The notes beneath the pieces were generated by a model. It worked only from the letters and a program-made list of their open reading frames with translations. It searched no databases and was not told the origin of the DNA. A DNA stretch of 64,000 nt from a bacterium (GTDB lineage Bacteria > Zhuqueibacterota > Zhuqueibacteria > Residuimicrobiales > Krinioviventaceae), in contig CAXXMD010000003.1 of the NCBI GenBank assembly GCA_963675755.2, forward strand, positions 864,001 through 928,000, given 5' to 3'. Both the position numbers and the translations under genes were made by a program. Positions 50,502 through 61,096 of this stretch are shown piece by piece (position 1 is the stretch's first letter; each line of letters begins with the position of its first letter).

Positions 50502-51290
50502 CTATTTGGAGAAAAATGATCGTAATTTGTTACCGAATCCTTTTTTTGCCTCTTCTGCTACCGGCTTTGCCTCTCCAATGGAAATATCCTGGCCCTGTAT
50601 CAGTTTTTTCGGATTTATATTAAACAACAATTCAGCACGATCAGTTCCCCAGGTTTCGGCTACCAGATTGTAAGCATTTTTTAACAACAAGGGTCGGGAT
50701 GTAAGATTGTGTGCATCAGTAGCTACAACATGAACCAGATTGGCATCCAGTAATTTAAATGCCAGATTTTTCACTTGAGATCCGAAATTGCCCAGCAGAC
50801 TACCGGCAGTAACCTGCAATAAGGTTCCTCGTTCTACAAAATCATATGCCTTGTCTGGAGACTCTAAAAATCCGCCATTTCGTTCCGGATGTGCCAAAAC
50901 CGGTGTATTACCATCCATCAAATAATTGAAAAACATCTGCGGAGCATGGTCTGGTATTAAAGCCATGGGAAACTCGACCAGAAAATACCTGCCATTTTGC
51001 GCAAAGGTACTAATCTTTTGGTCCAGTTTTAATTCGGGCTGTAAATATAATTCACCACCCATGTGAATGGTAATGGGGATATTTTCAGCCTTGGCGCGTT
51101 CTACCAGTTCTTCATACAAGGCCCATACTTCTTCTTCCCGATCAAGATCGGCTTGAGACAACAAATGCGGGGTACAAACAATCTCAGTAATACCATCTTT
51201 ATGCGCCTGTCGCAACATATCCAGTGATACTTCCCAGTTTGGCGCACCGTCATCCCAGTGGGCAATCACATGTGAGTGTGTATCTATCAA
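50502..51290 (-). CDS. PHP-family protein-tyrosine phosphatase (CpsB/CapC/YwqE-like)
   Basis: IDTHSH..DDG, TPH, LVEF, AHPERN, TDAH. Confidence 0.9.
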   Translation of the reverse strand: MIDTHSHVIAHWDDGAPNWEVSLDMLRQAHKDGITEIVCTPHLLSQADLDREEEVWALYEELVERAKAENIPITIHMGGELYLQPELKLDQKISTFAQNGRYFLVEFPMALIPDHAPQMFFNYLMDGNTPVLAHPERNGGFLESPDKAYDFVERGTLLQVTAGSLLGNFGSQVKNLAFKLLDANLVHVVATDAHNLTSRPLLLKNAYNLVAETWGTDRAELLFNINPKKLIQGQDISIGEAKPVAEEAKKGFGNKLRSFFSK

Positions 51291-51306
51291 AATATTTTTC
51301 TATGCT

Positions 51307-52056
51307 TTAATTTTCTTTACAATGTATGGCGTCAGCAAATGCTTTAATTAATTCCGGGTCCTGGTTGTTTTCCAGAACATTGCCTGTTACAATAAAACTG
51401 GCACCGGCAAGTATTTTATTCCGGGCATCTTCCGGTTTACGGATTCCCCCGCCAACAATCAAAGGCATATTGCTGTATTTGCCAATAATCTTGATCATTT
51501 CTTCAGGAACCGAATATTTTGCACCACTGCCTGCTTCCAGGTATGCCAATCGCATCCCTAAAAACTCGGAAGCCAATACATGTGCTATGGCAATATCCGG
51601 TTTTTCACGCGGCAACGGACGCGTATCGCTTATAAATTGCGCGGTTGTCATGTTTCCGGATTCAACAAACATATATGCTGTAGAAATTGTCTCCAGATCC
51701 ATAGATTTGATGATGGGCGCGGCCATAACCTGCTCACCTATCAACCGATGAGGATTCCTGCCGCTGACCAGCGATAAAAACAAAACTGCATCTGCATAAG
51801 GAGACAACTGACGCGTACTGCCAGGGAAAATTATAAGCGGCAAATTACATTCTGCTTTAATTGCCTGTATCAGTTCATCAAAACAATTTTTAAATAACAG
51901 ACTACCCCCAACCAGCAGGGCGTCAACACCGGCGGTTTCACATTTTTGGGCCAGTGCTACTGCTTCACTGATCTCCTGCTTGTCAGGATCTATGAGAACA
52001 AAATAGCCGCCGCCTCTTTGCTCTTTTACCTGAAGGAGCTTTTCAATGACCTTCAA
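51307..52056 (-). CDS. Geranylgeranylglyceryl phosphate synthase (group II GGGPS-like)
   Basis: LIDPDK, LVGGS, FPGS, SLVSGRNP, YLEAGSGA, VGGGIR, VTGN. Confidence 0.9.
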   Translation of the reverse strand: MKVIEKLLQVKEQRGGGYFVLIDPDKQEISEAVALAQKCETAGVDALLVGGSLLFKNCFDELIQAIKAECNLPLIIFPGSTRQLSPYADAVLFLSLVSGRNPHRLIGEQVMAAPIIKSMDLETISTAYMFVESGNMTTAQFISDTRPLPREKPDIAIAHVLASEFLGMRLAYLEAGSGAKYSVPEEMIKIIGKYSNMPLIVGGGIRKPEDARNKILAGASFIVTGNVLENNQDPELIKAFADAIHCKEN

Positions 52057-52082
52057 TTCTTATCTGGTCCTTTCGGCGTTTC

Positions 52083-54704
52083 TTAGGATAATTTACGTCG
52101 AATGATGCTTTCGGTTTCAAGCAAAGCATCCTGTAATTTTTCTACATCTTTGGCGCCGGCCAAAGCCATGTGCGGACTACCACCACCGCTGCCACCTGCA
52201 ATAGCCGCAACTTCTTTAACAATATCACCTGCTTTTAACTGGTGAGCATTAATCACATCTTTGGTAACTATGCACAAAAAGTTTACTTTATCATTAATTA
52301 CTGAACCCAGTACACCAACACCTGAACCCAGACTGTTTCTGAGAATGTCTCCGGCTGCTCGCAGCTCGTCTACGCTGCCAACATTCAACTTGCCCACAGC
52401 GAGTTTTACTCCATCTATCTCTTTAACAGATGCCAACAGGTCTTCTATGCTGTTTTTGGAACCTTTTTCACGCAGTGCCTTTAATTCCTGCTCCATGGCT
52501 TTTCGTTCTTCCAACAGAGACTGGATTCTTGCCTGCGTTTCATCCGGAGGACAGCCAAGCGTGCTTGCGCTTGCAATCAACAACTCGCGATTGTGGCGTT
52601 GATACTCGAATGCTTTAATACCTGTCAAAGATTCAATACGACGTGTACCCGCGGCAACCGCACTTTCAGTGGTAATTACAAATTCACCAATCTCTCCGGT
52701 AGCTCTGACATGGGTACCCCCACACAATTCGCGGGAATAACCGTCAATCTCTACCATGCGGACCTCGTCGCCATATTTTTCACCAAAAAGAGCCATTGCA
52801 CCCATTTCTTTGGCTTTATCTATATTCATAATCTGCCAGGTTGTAGCACGGTTTGCCAATATATTATGATTAACAATGGATTCAATTTCTTTAATGTCGT
52901 CATCACTGACTTTTTCAAAATGCGTAAAGTCAAAACGCATATAATCCGGATGTACCAGCGAGCCCGCCTGATGTACGTGATCACCCAAAACGGTACGAAG
53001 CGCTTTGTGCAGCAAATGGGTCACGGTGTGGTTGCGCTCGGTTGCACGACGTTTTTCAATATTGATCTCGGCATAAACGGAATCACCCGCCTTGGGCGGT
53101 GTGCCGCTTTCCAACTCTCCAATGTGAACAATATGTTCACCCATATTCTTGGTATTCTCTACCCGGAATTTGAAATGATCGTTGAAAATATGCCCTGTAT
53201 CGCCTACCTGACCACCGGATTCCGCGTAAAACGGACTGTGGCGCAGTACAATACGGCCCTGTTCATAATGTAAAATTTCAGTCTCGGTTTCGTCCTTGAT
53301 GTAACCCACAAATTCGGATTTTTCTTCACCGGCATCTACCTGAATGGTGTCGTAAACCAGTTTCCTGTCTTTGCCGGAACGTTCACGCTGCTGTTCCATT
53401 TCACTGTTGAACGCTTCGGTATCTACAGACAATCCTTTTTCCTCTGCCATTAACTCGGTCAGATCAAGGGGGAACCCATAGGTATCATGCAGCAAAAACG
53501 CGTCTTTACCCGAGAATACTGTTGTACCCGCAGACTGGGCAGCACTTGCTTTTTGCTCAAACAACTCGATTCCACGGTCAAGGGTACGGCCAAAGCTTTC
53601 TTCTTCTGCCTTGATAACCCGGGCGATATAATCTTTTCTTTCCGCAATTTCCGGATAAGCAGAACCCATTACCTCTATCAGTGGATCCAACAATTTATAA
53701 ATAAACGGTTCGCGCATATTAAGCACACGGCCAAAACGCGCACCACGTCTTAAAATTCTTCTCAAAACATAACCCCGGCCGTCATTGCTTGGTATAGCTC
53801 CGTCTGCAATAGCAAAGGAAAGCGCACGGATATGATCGGCAAGCACACGAAACGCCACACCTTCTTCTCCGTCACTATAGGGAACACCGGTGATTTTAGC
53901 AATAGCATCCAGGATAGGCGTAAAGACATCGGAATCGTAATTGGAATTTTTGTTCTGCATGACCGCAACAAGACGTTCAAAGCCCGCACCAGTATCCACA
54001 TGCTTGGATGGCAGCAAATGAAGCTTGCCCTGATCATCACGATTGTATTGTATGAAAACCAGGTTCCACAATTCAATATAACGCGCGCAGCCACTGTTCA
54101 CTTCACACACATGGTTAGGGTCTTTACTGTCACAAAACCCTTCTCCCCGATCAATATGAAGCTCGGAACAGGGTCCACAAGGACCGGTTTCACCCATTTC
54201 CCAAAAATTGTCTTTTTTATCAAATCTCATAATATGAGAATGGTCAATATCGGTACGTTTTTTCCATTCATTTTCAGCTTCTATATCTGCTTCCACACCG
54301 TCTTTAGCATCACCACTGAAAACCGTAGCATAAAGTTTATCTTTGGGCAATCCCCAAACATCGGTTATGAGCTCCCAGGCCCATTCTATGGCTTCTGCTT
54401 TAAAATAATCGCCAAAAGACCAGTTTCCCAGCATTTCAAAAAATGTGTGATGGTAAGTATCGCGCCCCACTTCTTCAAGGTCATTATGCTTGCCTGAAAC
54501 GCGAATACATTTTTGTGAATCTGCAATGCGACTGTGGGTAATTTGTCGACTGCCAAGGAAAATATCTTTAAACTGGTTCATACCGGCATTGGTAAACAAC
54601 AAGGTAGGATCGTCTTGCGGTACTACCGGTGCACTGTTAACAATGTGGTGCTGCTTGCTTTTAAAAAAATCTAAAAAAGATTGGCGAATCTCACTCGATG
54701 TCAT
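52083..54704 (-). CDS. alaS: Alanine--tRNA ligase
   Basis: FTNAGMNQFK, HHTFFEMLGN, HTVTH and ELCGGTH editing motifs, GGSGGG. Confidence 0.98.
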   Translation of the reverse strand: MTSSEIRQSFLDFFKSKQHHIVNSAPVVPQDDPTLLFTNAGMNQFKDIFLGSRQITHSRIADSQKCIRVSGKHNDLEEVGRDTYHHTFFEMLGNWSFGDYFKAEAIEWAWELITDVWGLPKDKLYATVFSGDAKDGVEADIEAENEWKKRTDIDHSHIMRFDKKDNFWEMGETGPCGPCSELHIDRGEGFCDSKDPNHVCEVNSGCARYIELWNLVFIQYNRDDQGKLHLLPSKHVDTGAGFERLVAVMQNKNSNYDSDVFTPILDAIAKITGVPYSDGEEGVAFRVLADHIRALSFAIADGAIPSNDGRGYVLRRILRRGARFGRVLNMREPFIYKLLDPLIEVMGSAYPEIAERKDYIARVIKAEEESFGRTLDRGIELFEQKASAAQSAGTTVFSGKDAFLLHDTYGFPLDLTELMAEEKGLSVDTEAFNSEMEQQRERSGKDRKLVYDTIQVDAGEEKSEFVGYIKDETETEILHYEQGRIVLRHSPFYAESGGQVGDTGHIFNDHFKFRVENTKNMGEHIVHIGELESGTPPKAGDSVYAEINIEKRRATERNHTVTHLLHKALRTVLGDHVHQAGSLVHPDYMRFDFTHFEKVSDDDIKEIESIVNHNILANRATTWQIMNIDKAKEMGAMALFGEKYGDEVRMVEIDGYSRELCGGTHVRATGEIGEFVITTESAVAAGTRRIESLTGIKAFEYQRHNRELLIASASTLGCPPDETQARIQSLLEERKAMEQELKALREKGSKNSIEDLLASVKEIDGVKLAVGKLNVGSVDELRAAGDILRNSLGSGVGVLGSVINDKVNFLCIVTKDVINAHQLKAGDIVKEVAAIAGGSGGGSPHMALAGAKDVEKLQDALLETESIIRRKLS

Positions 54705-54870
54705 ATAAAAATCCTGTTTACAAATCAAAGAATAACTATAATCTCAAAAGATAAAAAAAATATCTCTATTAATCTAATAAAAAACAAACTCAAAAACAAC
54801 TTTTTAGCACAGCGTTTCATGTTTTTCAAAACACTAAAAAACGTAAACCATAGAGCTTTATGGTGCAATC

Positions 54871-56064
54871 CTATTTAATCTGAGCCAAAGCCTGCTCCAA
54901 GTCAGCAATCAATTCGTCCACATCTTCAATTCCAATGGACAAACGCAGCATACCATCGGTAATACCAATAGCTTCGCGTTCTTCACGTGTCAAGCCCACA
55001 TGCGATGTGGATGCCGGATGCATGATCAGGGTATCGATCTCGCCCAAACTGACTGTAAAGCTGCAAACCTTAACGCTGTTCATCACGGTTTTACCGGCAT
55101 CAAAGCCGCCTTTGACTTCAAAGGCCATCATACCGCCAAAACCCTGCATTTGAGATGCGGCAATATCATGGCAATGGTGTTCCGGCAATCCGGGATAAAA
55201 GACCTTGTTCACCTGATCGTGAGCTGATAAAAATTCTGCAATGCGCATGGCATTTTCACAATGTCGTTCAAGGCGCAAATTCAGGGTCTTGAGACCGCGT
55301 ATAGCAAGCCATGCGTTGAACGGGCTCATGACACCGCCAAACTTGCTCATAGTCGGGATTATCTCGCGAATTGTTTCCAGGTCGCTGACTATCATTCCAC
55401 CGATAATATCACCATGACCACCAATGTATTTTGTTGCGCTATGAACAACAATATCCGCTCCCAGATCCAATGGAGAACAGATGGGTGGCGGTGTAAAAGT
55501 ATTGTCTACAACCAGACGGATATTACGCTCTTTGGCAATTTCAGCCAATTTGCGGATATCAGAAACCACCAAATGCGGATTCCCAACAACTTCGGTGTAC
55601 AGAATTTTGGTCTTGTCCGTAATGGCCGCTTTGACTGCTTCCAGATCCGTAATATCAACAAAAGAGGTGTTGATCAGAAACGGTTCAAGGTGCTTTTTAA
55701 ACCAGGTACGGGTACCGCCATAAATAGCAGCAGAAGAGACAATATGATCGCCGGGTCTGACAAACGTCATTAAAGCGCTGCTGATTGCCGCCATACCCGA
55801 AGCTGCCGCTAATCCGGCTTCTGCATTTTCAAGCAGCGCCACCATATTGGCCAACAGGTCCGTGGTAGGATTGCCATCGCGGGTATAAATATAGCCTTCC
55901 TTTTTACCTTCAAATACATCCAACCCATCCTGGGCAGTTTCATATTCAAAATTCACAGTCTGGTAAATAGGAGGTACATGCGAACGTACCGGCTGTTCCG
56001 GCTGCGCTGCAGCATGGATCATCCTTGTACCATGTTTCAGTTTTTTTAATTCTTTATTATTCAA
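54871..56064 (-). CDS. PLP trans-sulfuration enzyme (methionine gamma-lyase / cystathionine lyase-synthase family)
   Basis: PPIYQT, YTR.GNP, SGMAA, DNTF, HSATKYIGGHGD, VSLG, RLSIGIE. Confidence 0.9.
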   Translation of the reverse strand: MNNKELKKLKHGTRMIHAAAQPEQPVRSHVPPIYQTVNFEYETAQDGLDVFEGKKEGYIYTRDGNPTTDLLANMVALLENAEAGLAAASGMAAISSALMTFVRPGDHIVSSAAIYGGTRTWFKKHLEPFLINTSFVDITDLEAVKAAITDKTKILYTEVVGNPHLVVSDIRKLAEIAKERNIRLVVDNTFTPPPICSPLDLGADIVVHSATKYIGGHGDIIGGMIVSDLETIREIIPTMSKFGGVMSPFNAWLAIRGLKTLNLRLERHCENAMRIAEFLSAHDQVNKVFYPGLPEHHCHDIAASQMQGFGGMMAFEVKGGFDAGKTVMNSVKVCSFTVSLGEIDTLIMHPASTSHVGLTREEREAIGITDGMLRLSIGIEDVDELIADLEQALAQIK

Positions 56065-56704
56065 TATCCAATTGTTCCCAATTTTCCATTATATCACTAA
56101 CAATATCCCATGTAAAACCGCGGCGCAACAAAAAATCCGTTGCTTTCTTGCGCCCTTTATCTTCTTCATGAGACCTGTATCTTTTTTTTGCTTTCAACGC
56201 TACCTGAAGTGCAAATTCATACTCGCTGGTTTCTTCATAAGCAGCCTGAACGCCTTTTTCAATATCCTGCTCCGTCAATCCTTTGGTTCTTAATTCATTC
56301 CTGAGCATCCTGTTGCCGACGGGCTTGGTGATCATGCGATTTCGGGCAAACATGATTGAGAATTCAGTATCATTCAGCAAATTTAATCGTTCAAACTCGG
56401 CAAGCACCTCTTCAATCACTTCTGCCGATATTTTACTCTGACGAAAACGATCGCTCAATTCTTTTTTACTGCGCGCCCGCACTGCCAATAAACGGACACC
56501 CTTGTCTTTTGCTTGCTTCAATTCTTCAAGACGAACGATCTCGGCTATTTGCTTTTCATCCAGTTCATCGCCCTGGGCAATACCGGATTTGATCAGAACA
56601 TCCTGATCCAGGCCAAAAGCAAATTCTCCGTCTAGAAAAACAGAGACACGGCTCTTTCGTTTCTGCTGGATCTGTATGTCAGTGATTCGCCGGATTTCAG
56701 ACAT
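56057..56704 (-). CDS. recX: Regulatory protein RecX
   Basis: Follows recA; LL..R.RS..EL, LNDTEF, FLLRRGF. Confidence 0.9.
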   Translation of the reverse strand: MSEIRRITDIQIQQKRKSRVSVFLDGEFAFGLDQDVLIKSGIAQGDELDEKQIAEIVRLEELKQAKDKGVRLLAVRARSKKELSDRFRQSKISAEVIEEVLAEFERLNLLNDTEFSIMFARNRMITKPVGNRMLRNELRTKGLTEQDIEKGVQAAYEETSEYEFALQVALKAKKRYRSHEEDKGRKKATDFLLRRGFTWDIVSDIMENWEQLDIE

Positions 56705-57774
56705 TATTTATCGTCAGTTTTTTCTTCTTTTTCTACTTTTTCTTTTTCTGCTTCTTTTTCAGGTTCCTCATCAGACGGAATTAGATCCAAAGCTTTTCTC
56801 ACTTTGATTTCAATTTCTTCAATCATTGCAGGATTTTCAGACAAGTAACGCTTTACATTTTCACGTCCCTGGCCCAGTCTTTCTTCTCCATAAGAGAACC
56901 AGGCACCTGATTTTTCTATAATTTCCTTATCAACCGCCAGATCAAGCAGATCACCGGTTTTAGATATACCTACACCGTAAATAATATCAAACTGGGTTTC
57001 ACGGAATGGCGGCGCAACTTTATTCTTAACAACTTTGACCTTGGTGCGGTTACCAATTACATTTTCGCCATCTTTGATGGAGGCAACACGACGAATATCC
57101 AACCGAACAGATGAATAAAATTTAAGCGCGCGACCACCGGTTGTCGTTTCAGGACTTCCAAACATAACACCGATCTTTTCACGGATCTGGTTAATAAAGA
57201 TAACCGAACACTTTGACTTGCTGATTGCCGCGGTCAATTTACGCATAGCCTGAGACATTAATCTGGCCTGCAAACCCATCTGCGCGTCACCCATGTCACC
57301 TTCAATTTCAGCACGGGGAACCAATGCCGCAACAGAATCCACTACAATAACATCCAGTGCGTTACTACGGACCAGGGTTTCTGTAATTTCAAGGGCCTGT
57401 TCACCGGTATCCGGTTGAGAAATTAACAGATTGTCTGTATCTACACCCAGTTTTTTCGCATAACCGGCATCCATTGCGTGCTCTGCATCTATAAACCCTG
57501 CCAGGCCGCCAAGTTTTTGTGCTTCTGCAACAATATGTAATGCCAACGTGGTTTTGCCTGATGATTCCGGACCATATATTTCAATAATTCTGCCTCTGGG
57601 GATACCGCCAATACCAAGTGCGGCATCAAGAGAAATGGAGCCAGTGGGAATACTATCGATTGCAATTTTTTTATTCTCACCCAGCCACATGATAGACCCT
57701 TTACCATACTGGCGCTCTATTTGACTCATTGCCGAGTCTAATACACTTTTGCGTTCATTCTTCTGTTCAGCCAT
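56704..57774 (-). CDS. recA: Recombinase RecA
   Basis: [31 protein letters not shown]. Confidence 0.99.
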   Translation of the reverse strand: MAEQKNERKSVLDSAMSQIERQYGKGSIMWLGENKKIAIDSIPTGSISLDAALGIGGIPRGRIIEIYGPESSGKTTLALHIVAEAQKLGGLAGFIDAEHAMDAGYAKKLGVDTDNLLISQPDTGEQALEITETLVRSNALDVIVVDSVAALVPRAEIEGDMGDAQMGLQARLMSQAMRKLTAAISKSKCSVIFINQIREKIGVMFGSPETTTGGRALKFYSSVRLDIRRVASIKDGENVIGNRTKVKVVKNKVAPPFRETQFDIIYGVGISKTGDLLDLAVDKEIIEKSGAWFSYGEERLGQGRENVKRYLSENPAMIEEIEIKVRKALDLIPSDEEPEKEAEKEKVEKEEKTDDK

Positions 57775-57791
57775 AACTTGATCCTGTCTTA

Positions 57792-58352
57792 TTAAATGTT
57801 GATATGATATAACGGAGTATATACAGCACCGGAAGGTTTTAACTCACTTTTCATCACAATAACTTTATCTGCTGTAAATGTTCCGAATTCTTTAACAATA
57901 GTTTGTAATTCATTAGAAACGCTGTCAATACCATCAGTTTCTTTAATCCTGCCAATCGTCAAGTGCGGAGAAAACCGGCGCTTTTCTTTTTCGTAACCCA
58001 GTTCTTCCAATTCCGTTTCTATAGCTTGCTGACAACGCACCATTTCTCCCGTGGGTTCATTCACACCAATCCAGTATACCCGGGGATTTCTAAAATTGGG
58101 AAATGCTCCTGCTCCTTTAACCGTAATTTCCGCAGGGTGGCAAGAGGTTACTGCCCGTCTAACAGCGTCATCAATATCAGTCAGGCTATCTTCTTTTACG
58201 TCACCTAAAAATTTCAAAGTCAGGTGAATACCATCAGGGTTCACCCAGCGGACACCGAGTCCCAATGGTTTCAATTGCGCCTGCAATTCACGAATTTCAT
58301 TTCGTATGCCTGAAGGTATTTCAAAACAAATAAATGTTCGGATATATGCCAT
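57792..58352 (-). CDS. thpR: RNA 2',3'-cyclic phosphodiesterase
   Basis: Two HxT motifs ([15 protein letters not shown]). Confidence 0.93.
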   Translation of the reverse strand: MAYIRTFICFEIPSGIRNEIRELQAQLKPLGLGVRWVNPDGIHLTLKFLGDVKEDSLTDIDDAVRRAVTSCHPAEITVKGAGAFPNFRNPRVYWIGVNEPTGEMVRCQQAIETELEELGYEKEKRRFSPHLTIGRIKETDGIDSVSNELQTIVKEFGTFTADKVIVMKSELKPSGAVYTPLYHINI

Positions 58353-58353
58353 A

Positions 58354-59598
58354 TTATGGCTCCATACCCAATATTTTTTTGCGCAGCAGGTCTAAAGCAA
58401 CCTGTGAAAATCGTTCCTTATTGCCGAGACGATCATTGAAAAAAGTTCTTTTCTTGAATGTGGTTCCATTGGCATCGGCATAACCAACATACACAAGTCC
58501 TACCGGTTTTTCATCTGTACCGCCGGTTGGTCCGGCTATACCTGTTGTGGATACGGCATAATCGGCACCAAAACGTTCACGGGCACCTTTGGCCATAGCC
58601 TGAGCCACTTCTGCACTAACGGCACCATGCTTTTCAATCAATTCAGGAGGCACACCCAAAATATCCATCTTGGCCTGATTGCTGTAACTGACAACACCTC
58701 CCAGCAAAAACACAGAACTGCCGGATATATTGGTAAACTTGTTTGCAATTAATCCGCCCGTGCAGGATTCCGCAATGGCAAGGGTTTGCTCTTTTTCTGT
58801 CAGCAATTGCGCCAGGGCATCCTCAAGCGGCATATCGTTTTCAGCATATATAAATGCTTCTATATTTTTACGCAGCATGATTTCAGCCTGCTGCAAAAGC
58901 TCCAGTGCTTTAGATTCTGTTCCCGCTTCCGAAATCATACGAATCTTGACTCCGGAAAGATTGGGCAAAAACGCAATTTTGGCAAGGTTTTCAATCTCGC
59001 CTACATTGCCTATCTTTTCAAACAGTGTGCTTTCGGGAATACCGGTTGTTGCCAGGGTTTTTCTGACTTTGAAGGTCCCTGTGGTGCGTTTGCGGATATC
59101 ATCCAGAATAAAGCTCTGCATCATGCCTTTCATTTCACGCGGAACACCGGGAAGTACATAAAAACGCTTTTCATTGCGGGTGAACACCATTCCGGCAGCA
59201 GTACCCAGCTTGTTCTCTATTATTTCCGCGGATTTTGGCACCAAAGCTTGTTCTTCATTCACCTTGACCATGGGAACATTGCGTTTTCTGAACCGTTCTT
59301 TGACCTGTTCAAGGAGCTTTTCGCTCAAAATCAGTTCATCATTGAAATATTCGGTCATAACCGTCTTGGTAATATCGTCATGTGTTGGCCCCAAACCGCC
59401 TGTGACCAGTATTGAATCCGCGCGAGATTCAGCGGTTTTGAGCGCATCTATCAAATGTGATCGATCATCACCAATAGTTGTGACCCATTTTACCTGAATT
59501 CCAATATTTAAAAGCTGATCTCCCATCCAGCTTGCATTTGTATTTACGGTTTGGCCGATTAACAGCTCATCTCCGATGGAAATTATTTCTATATTCAT
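58354..59598 (-). CDS. cinA: Competence/damage-inducible protein CinA (NMN deamidase fusion)
   Basis: GDELLIG, GGLGPTHDD, AESCTGG, TGIAGP. Confidence 0.95.
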   Translation of the reverse strand: MNIEIISIGDELLIGQTVNTNASWMGDQLLNIGIQVKWVTTIGDDRSHLIDALKTAESRADSILVTGGLGPTHDDITKTVMTEYFNDELILSEKLLEQVKERFRKRNVPMVKVNEEQALVPKSAEIIENKLGTAAGMVFTRNEKRFYVLPGVPREMKGMMQSFILDDIRKRTTGTFKVRKTLATTGIPESTLFEKIGNVGEIENLAKIAFLPNLSGVKIRMISEAGTESKALELLQQAEIMLRKNIEAFIYAENDMPLEDALAQLLTEKEQTLAIAESCTGGLIANKFTNISGSSVFLLGGVVSYSNQAKMDILGVPPELIEKHGAVSAEVAQAMAKGARERFGADYAVSTTGIAGPTGGTDEKPVGLVYVGYADANGTTFKKRTFFNDRLGNKERFSQVALDLLRKKILGMEP

Positions 59599-59615
59599 AA
59601 AATCACTTTACCAAA

Positions 59616-60077
59616 TCAAGAAACATGATAAATAAACCGGAAAATGATCTGTAACACCAGGTTACTATAGATTCCTGCCATTACGTCATCTGCCATAATA
59701 CCCATACCGCCTTTGATTTTTTCCATCCGGTTCACCGGGAAAGGTTTTATAATATCAAATATCCGGAATGCAAAAAAAGCGGCAACATAGATGATCCAGT
59801 GTTTTGCGGGCAAAGCGATAACCGTAATCATCATACCTACAACTTCATCCCAGTTGACTTTGCCAGGATCTTTGCCCCATTCAGTCTCAGCAATGTCAGA
59901 TGCCCAAACGCCAATCACAAAAAAGATTGCAGACGCAATCACCAGAGTCAGCCATGACAAGGGCGGCAAAAACCATAAAACAACAACAGCGATAAACGCA
60001 CCAACGGTACCGGGCGCAATGGGAAACAAACCGGAAAAGAATGTAGTTGCGATACAAAGCGCAGTATATTTTTTCAT
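59616..60077 (-). CDS. pgpA: Phosphatidylglycerophosphatase A
   Basis: APGT.G, DP...DE..G, FR.FDIIKP, ADD..AG. Confidence 0.93.
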   Translation of the reverse strand: MKKYTALCIATTFFSGLFPIAPGTVGAFIAVVVLWFLPPLSWLTLVIASAIFFVIGVWASDIAETEWGKDPGKVNWDEVVGMMITVIALPAKHWIIYVAAFFAFRIFDIIKPFPVNRMEKIKGGMGIMADDVMAGIYSNLVLQIIFRFIYHVS

Positions 60078-60104
60078 AAAATATCCCAATCTTTTTTAAT
60101 ATGT

Positions 60105-60133
60105 ATAATAAAAAAACTCTTTATTAAAGGCAA
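60105..60133 (-). promoter_or_regulatory. Sigma70-type promoter for pgpA-cinA-thpR-recA-recX
   Basis: TTGCCT-N17-TATTAT. Confidence 0.6.
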
Positions 60134-60145
60134 GATGAAAACAGG

Positions 60146-60742
60146 TTAAAAATCCATGCGTCCTTCAAGTGCTCTGGCCAATGTCAGCTCGTCTGCATAC
60201 TCCAGGTCTGCACCTACCGGTATTCCCCGGGCAATGCGAGACAATTTAATCCCCATAGGTTTAATCAACTTGGCAAGATATATCGCTGTGGCTTCACCCT
60301 CGGTGTTGGGATTGGTAGCAATAATGATCTCTTGAATATCATCCTTCAAGCGCGCAAGCAATTCTTTGATTCGCAAATCATCAGGCCCCACACCGTCCAG
60401 TGGAGATAAAACTCCACCCAAAACATGGTACAATCCCTTGTATTCTCCCGTCTTTTCAAAAGCAATAATATCATTAGCTTCTTCAACAACGCACAGGGTC
60501 TTTTTATCGCGCCGTTCACTGCGGCAGATATCACAAGGATCATCTTCTGTAATATTGAAACAAATCGTACAGTGTTTAACCTTTTCCTTCAAATCGGTCA
60601 ACGCTTTTGCAAGTCCCTGTACTTCTTCTGACGGCACTTTTAACAGATAAAAAACATGCCGCTGGGCGGATTTTCGTCCAACCCCCGGCAATTTACTGAG
60701 TTCATGTATAGCACGCTCTACAGCTTCGGATGAGTACTTCAT
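60146..60742 (-). CDS. recR: Recombination mediator RecR
   Basis: LPGVGRKSAQR, C4 zinc finger, TOPRIM (EGEATA). Confidence 0.97.
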   Translation of the reverse strand: MKYSSEAVERAIHELSKLPGVGRKSAQRHVFYLLKVPSEEVQGLAKALTDLKEKVKHCTICFNITEDDPCDICRSERRDKKTLCVVEEANDIIAFEKTGEYKGLYHVLGGVLSPLDGVGPDDLRIKELLARLKDDIQEIIIATNPNTEGEATAIYLAKLIKPMGIKLSRIARGIPVGADLEYADELTLARALEGRMDF

Positions 60743-60759
60743 AATCTATTCGCTTTATA

Positions 60760-61083
60760 TTAAAAGCCCGGAATTTTCATGTTGCCCATATTCGGAGTTA
60801 CTTTGGCCATTTCCTGGTCCGCGCGGGCTTTGGCATTTTCCATAGCCTGATTTACAGCAGCAAGCACCAGGTCTTCAAGCATTTCCACATCATCAGGATC
60901 AACCACTTCGGGATCAATTTTAATTTCAAGGATTCGCTGTGCGGCAGTTGCTTTTACATTTACCATTCCGCCACCTGCGGTACCTTCTACCTCTATGCTT
61001 GCCAGGTTTTCCTGTGCCTTTTCCATATCTCTTTGCATTTTTTGGGCCTGTTTCATCAGGTTTCCCATAGCTGCTTTATTCAT
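60760..61083 (-). CDS. ybaB: YbaB/EbfC nucleoid-associated protein
   Basis: KQAQKMQ, AGGGMV, MLEDL; between dnaX and recR. Confidence 0.95.
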   Translation of the reverse strand: MNKAAMGNLMKQAQKMQRDMEKAQENLASIEVEGTAGGGMVNVKATAAQRILEIKIDPEVVDPDDVEMLEDLVLAAVNQAMENAKARADQEMAKVTPNMGNMKIPGF

Positions 61084-61096
61084 AAACACTCCTTGG

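Noticed and set aside
60078-60145. LexA box before the recA operon
   Set aside because: No palindrome matching an SOS box I recognise
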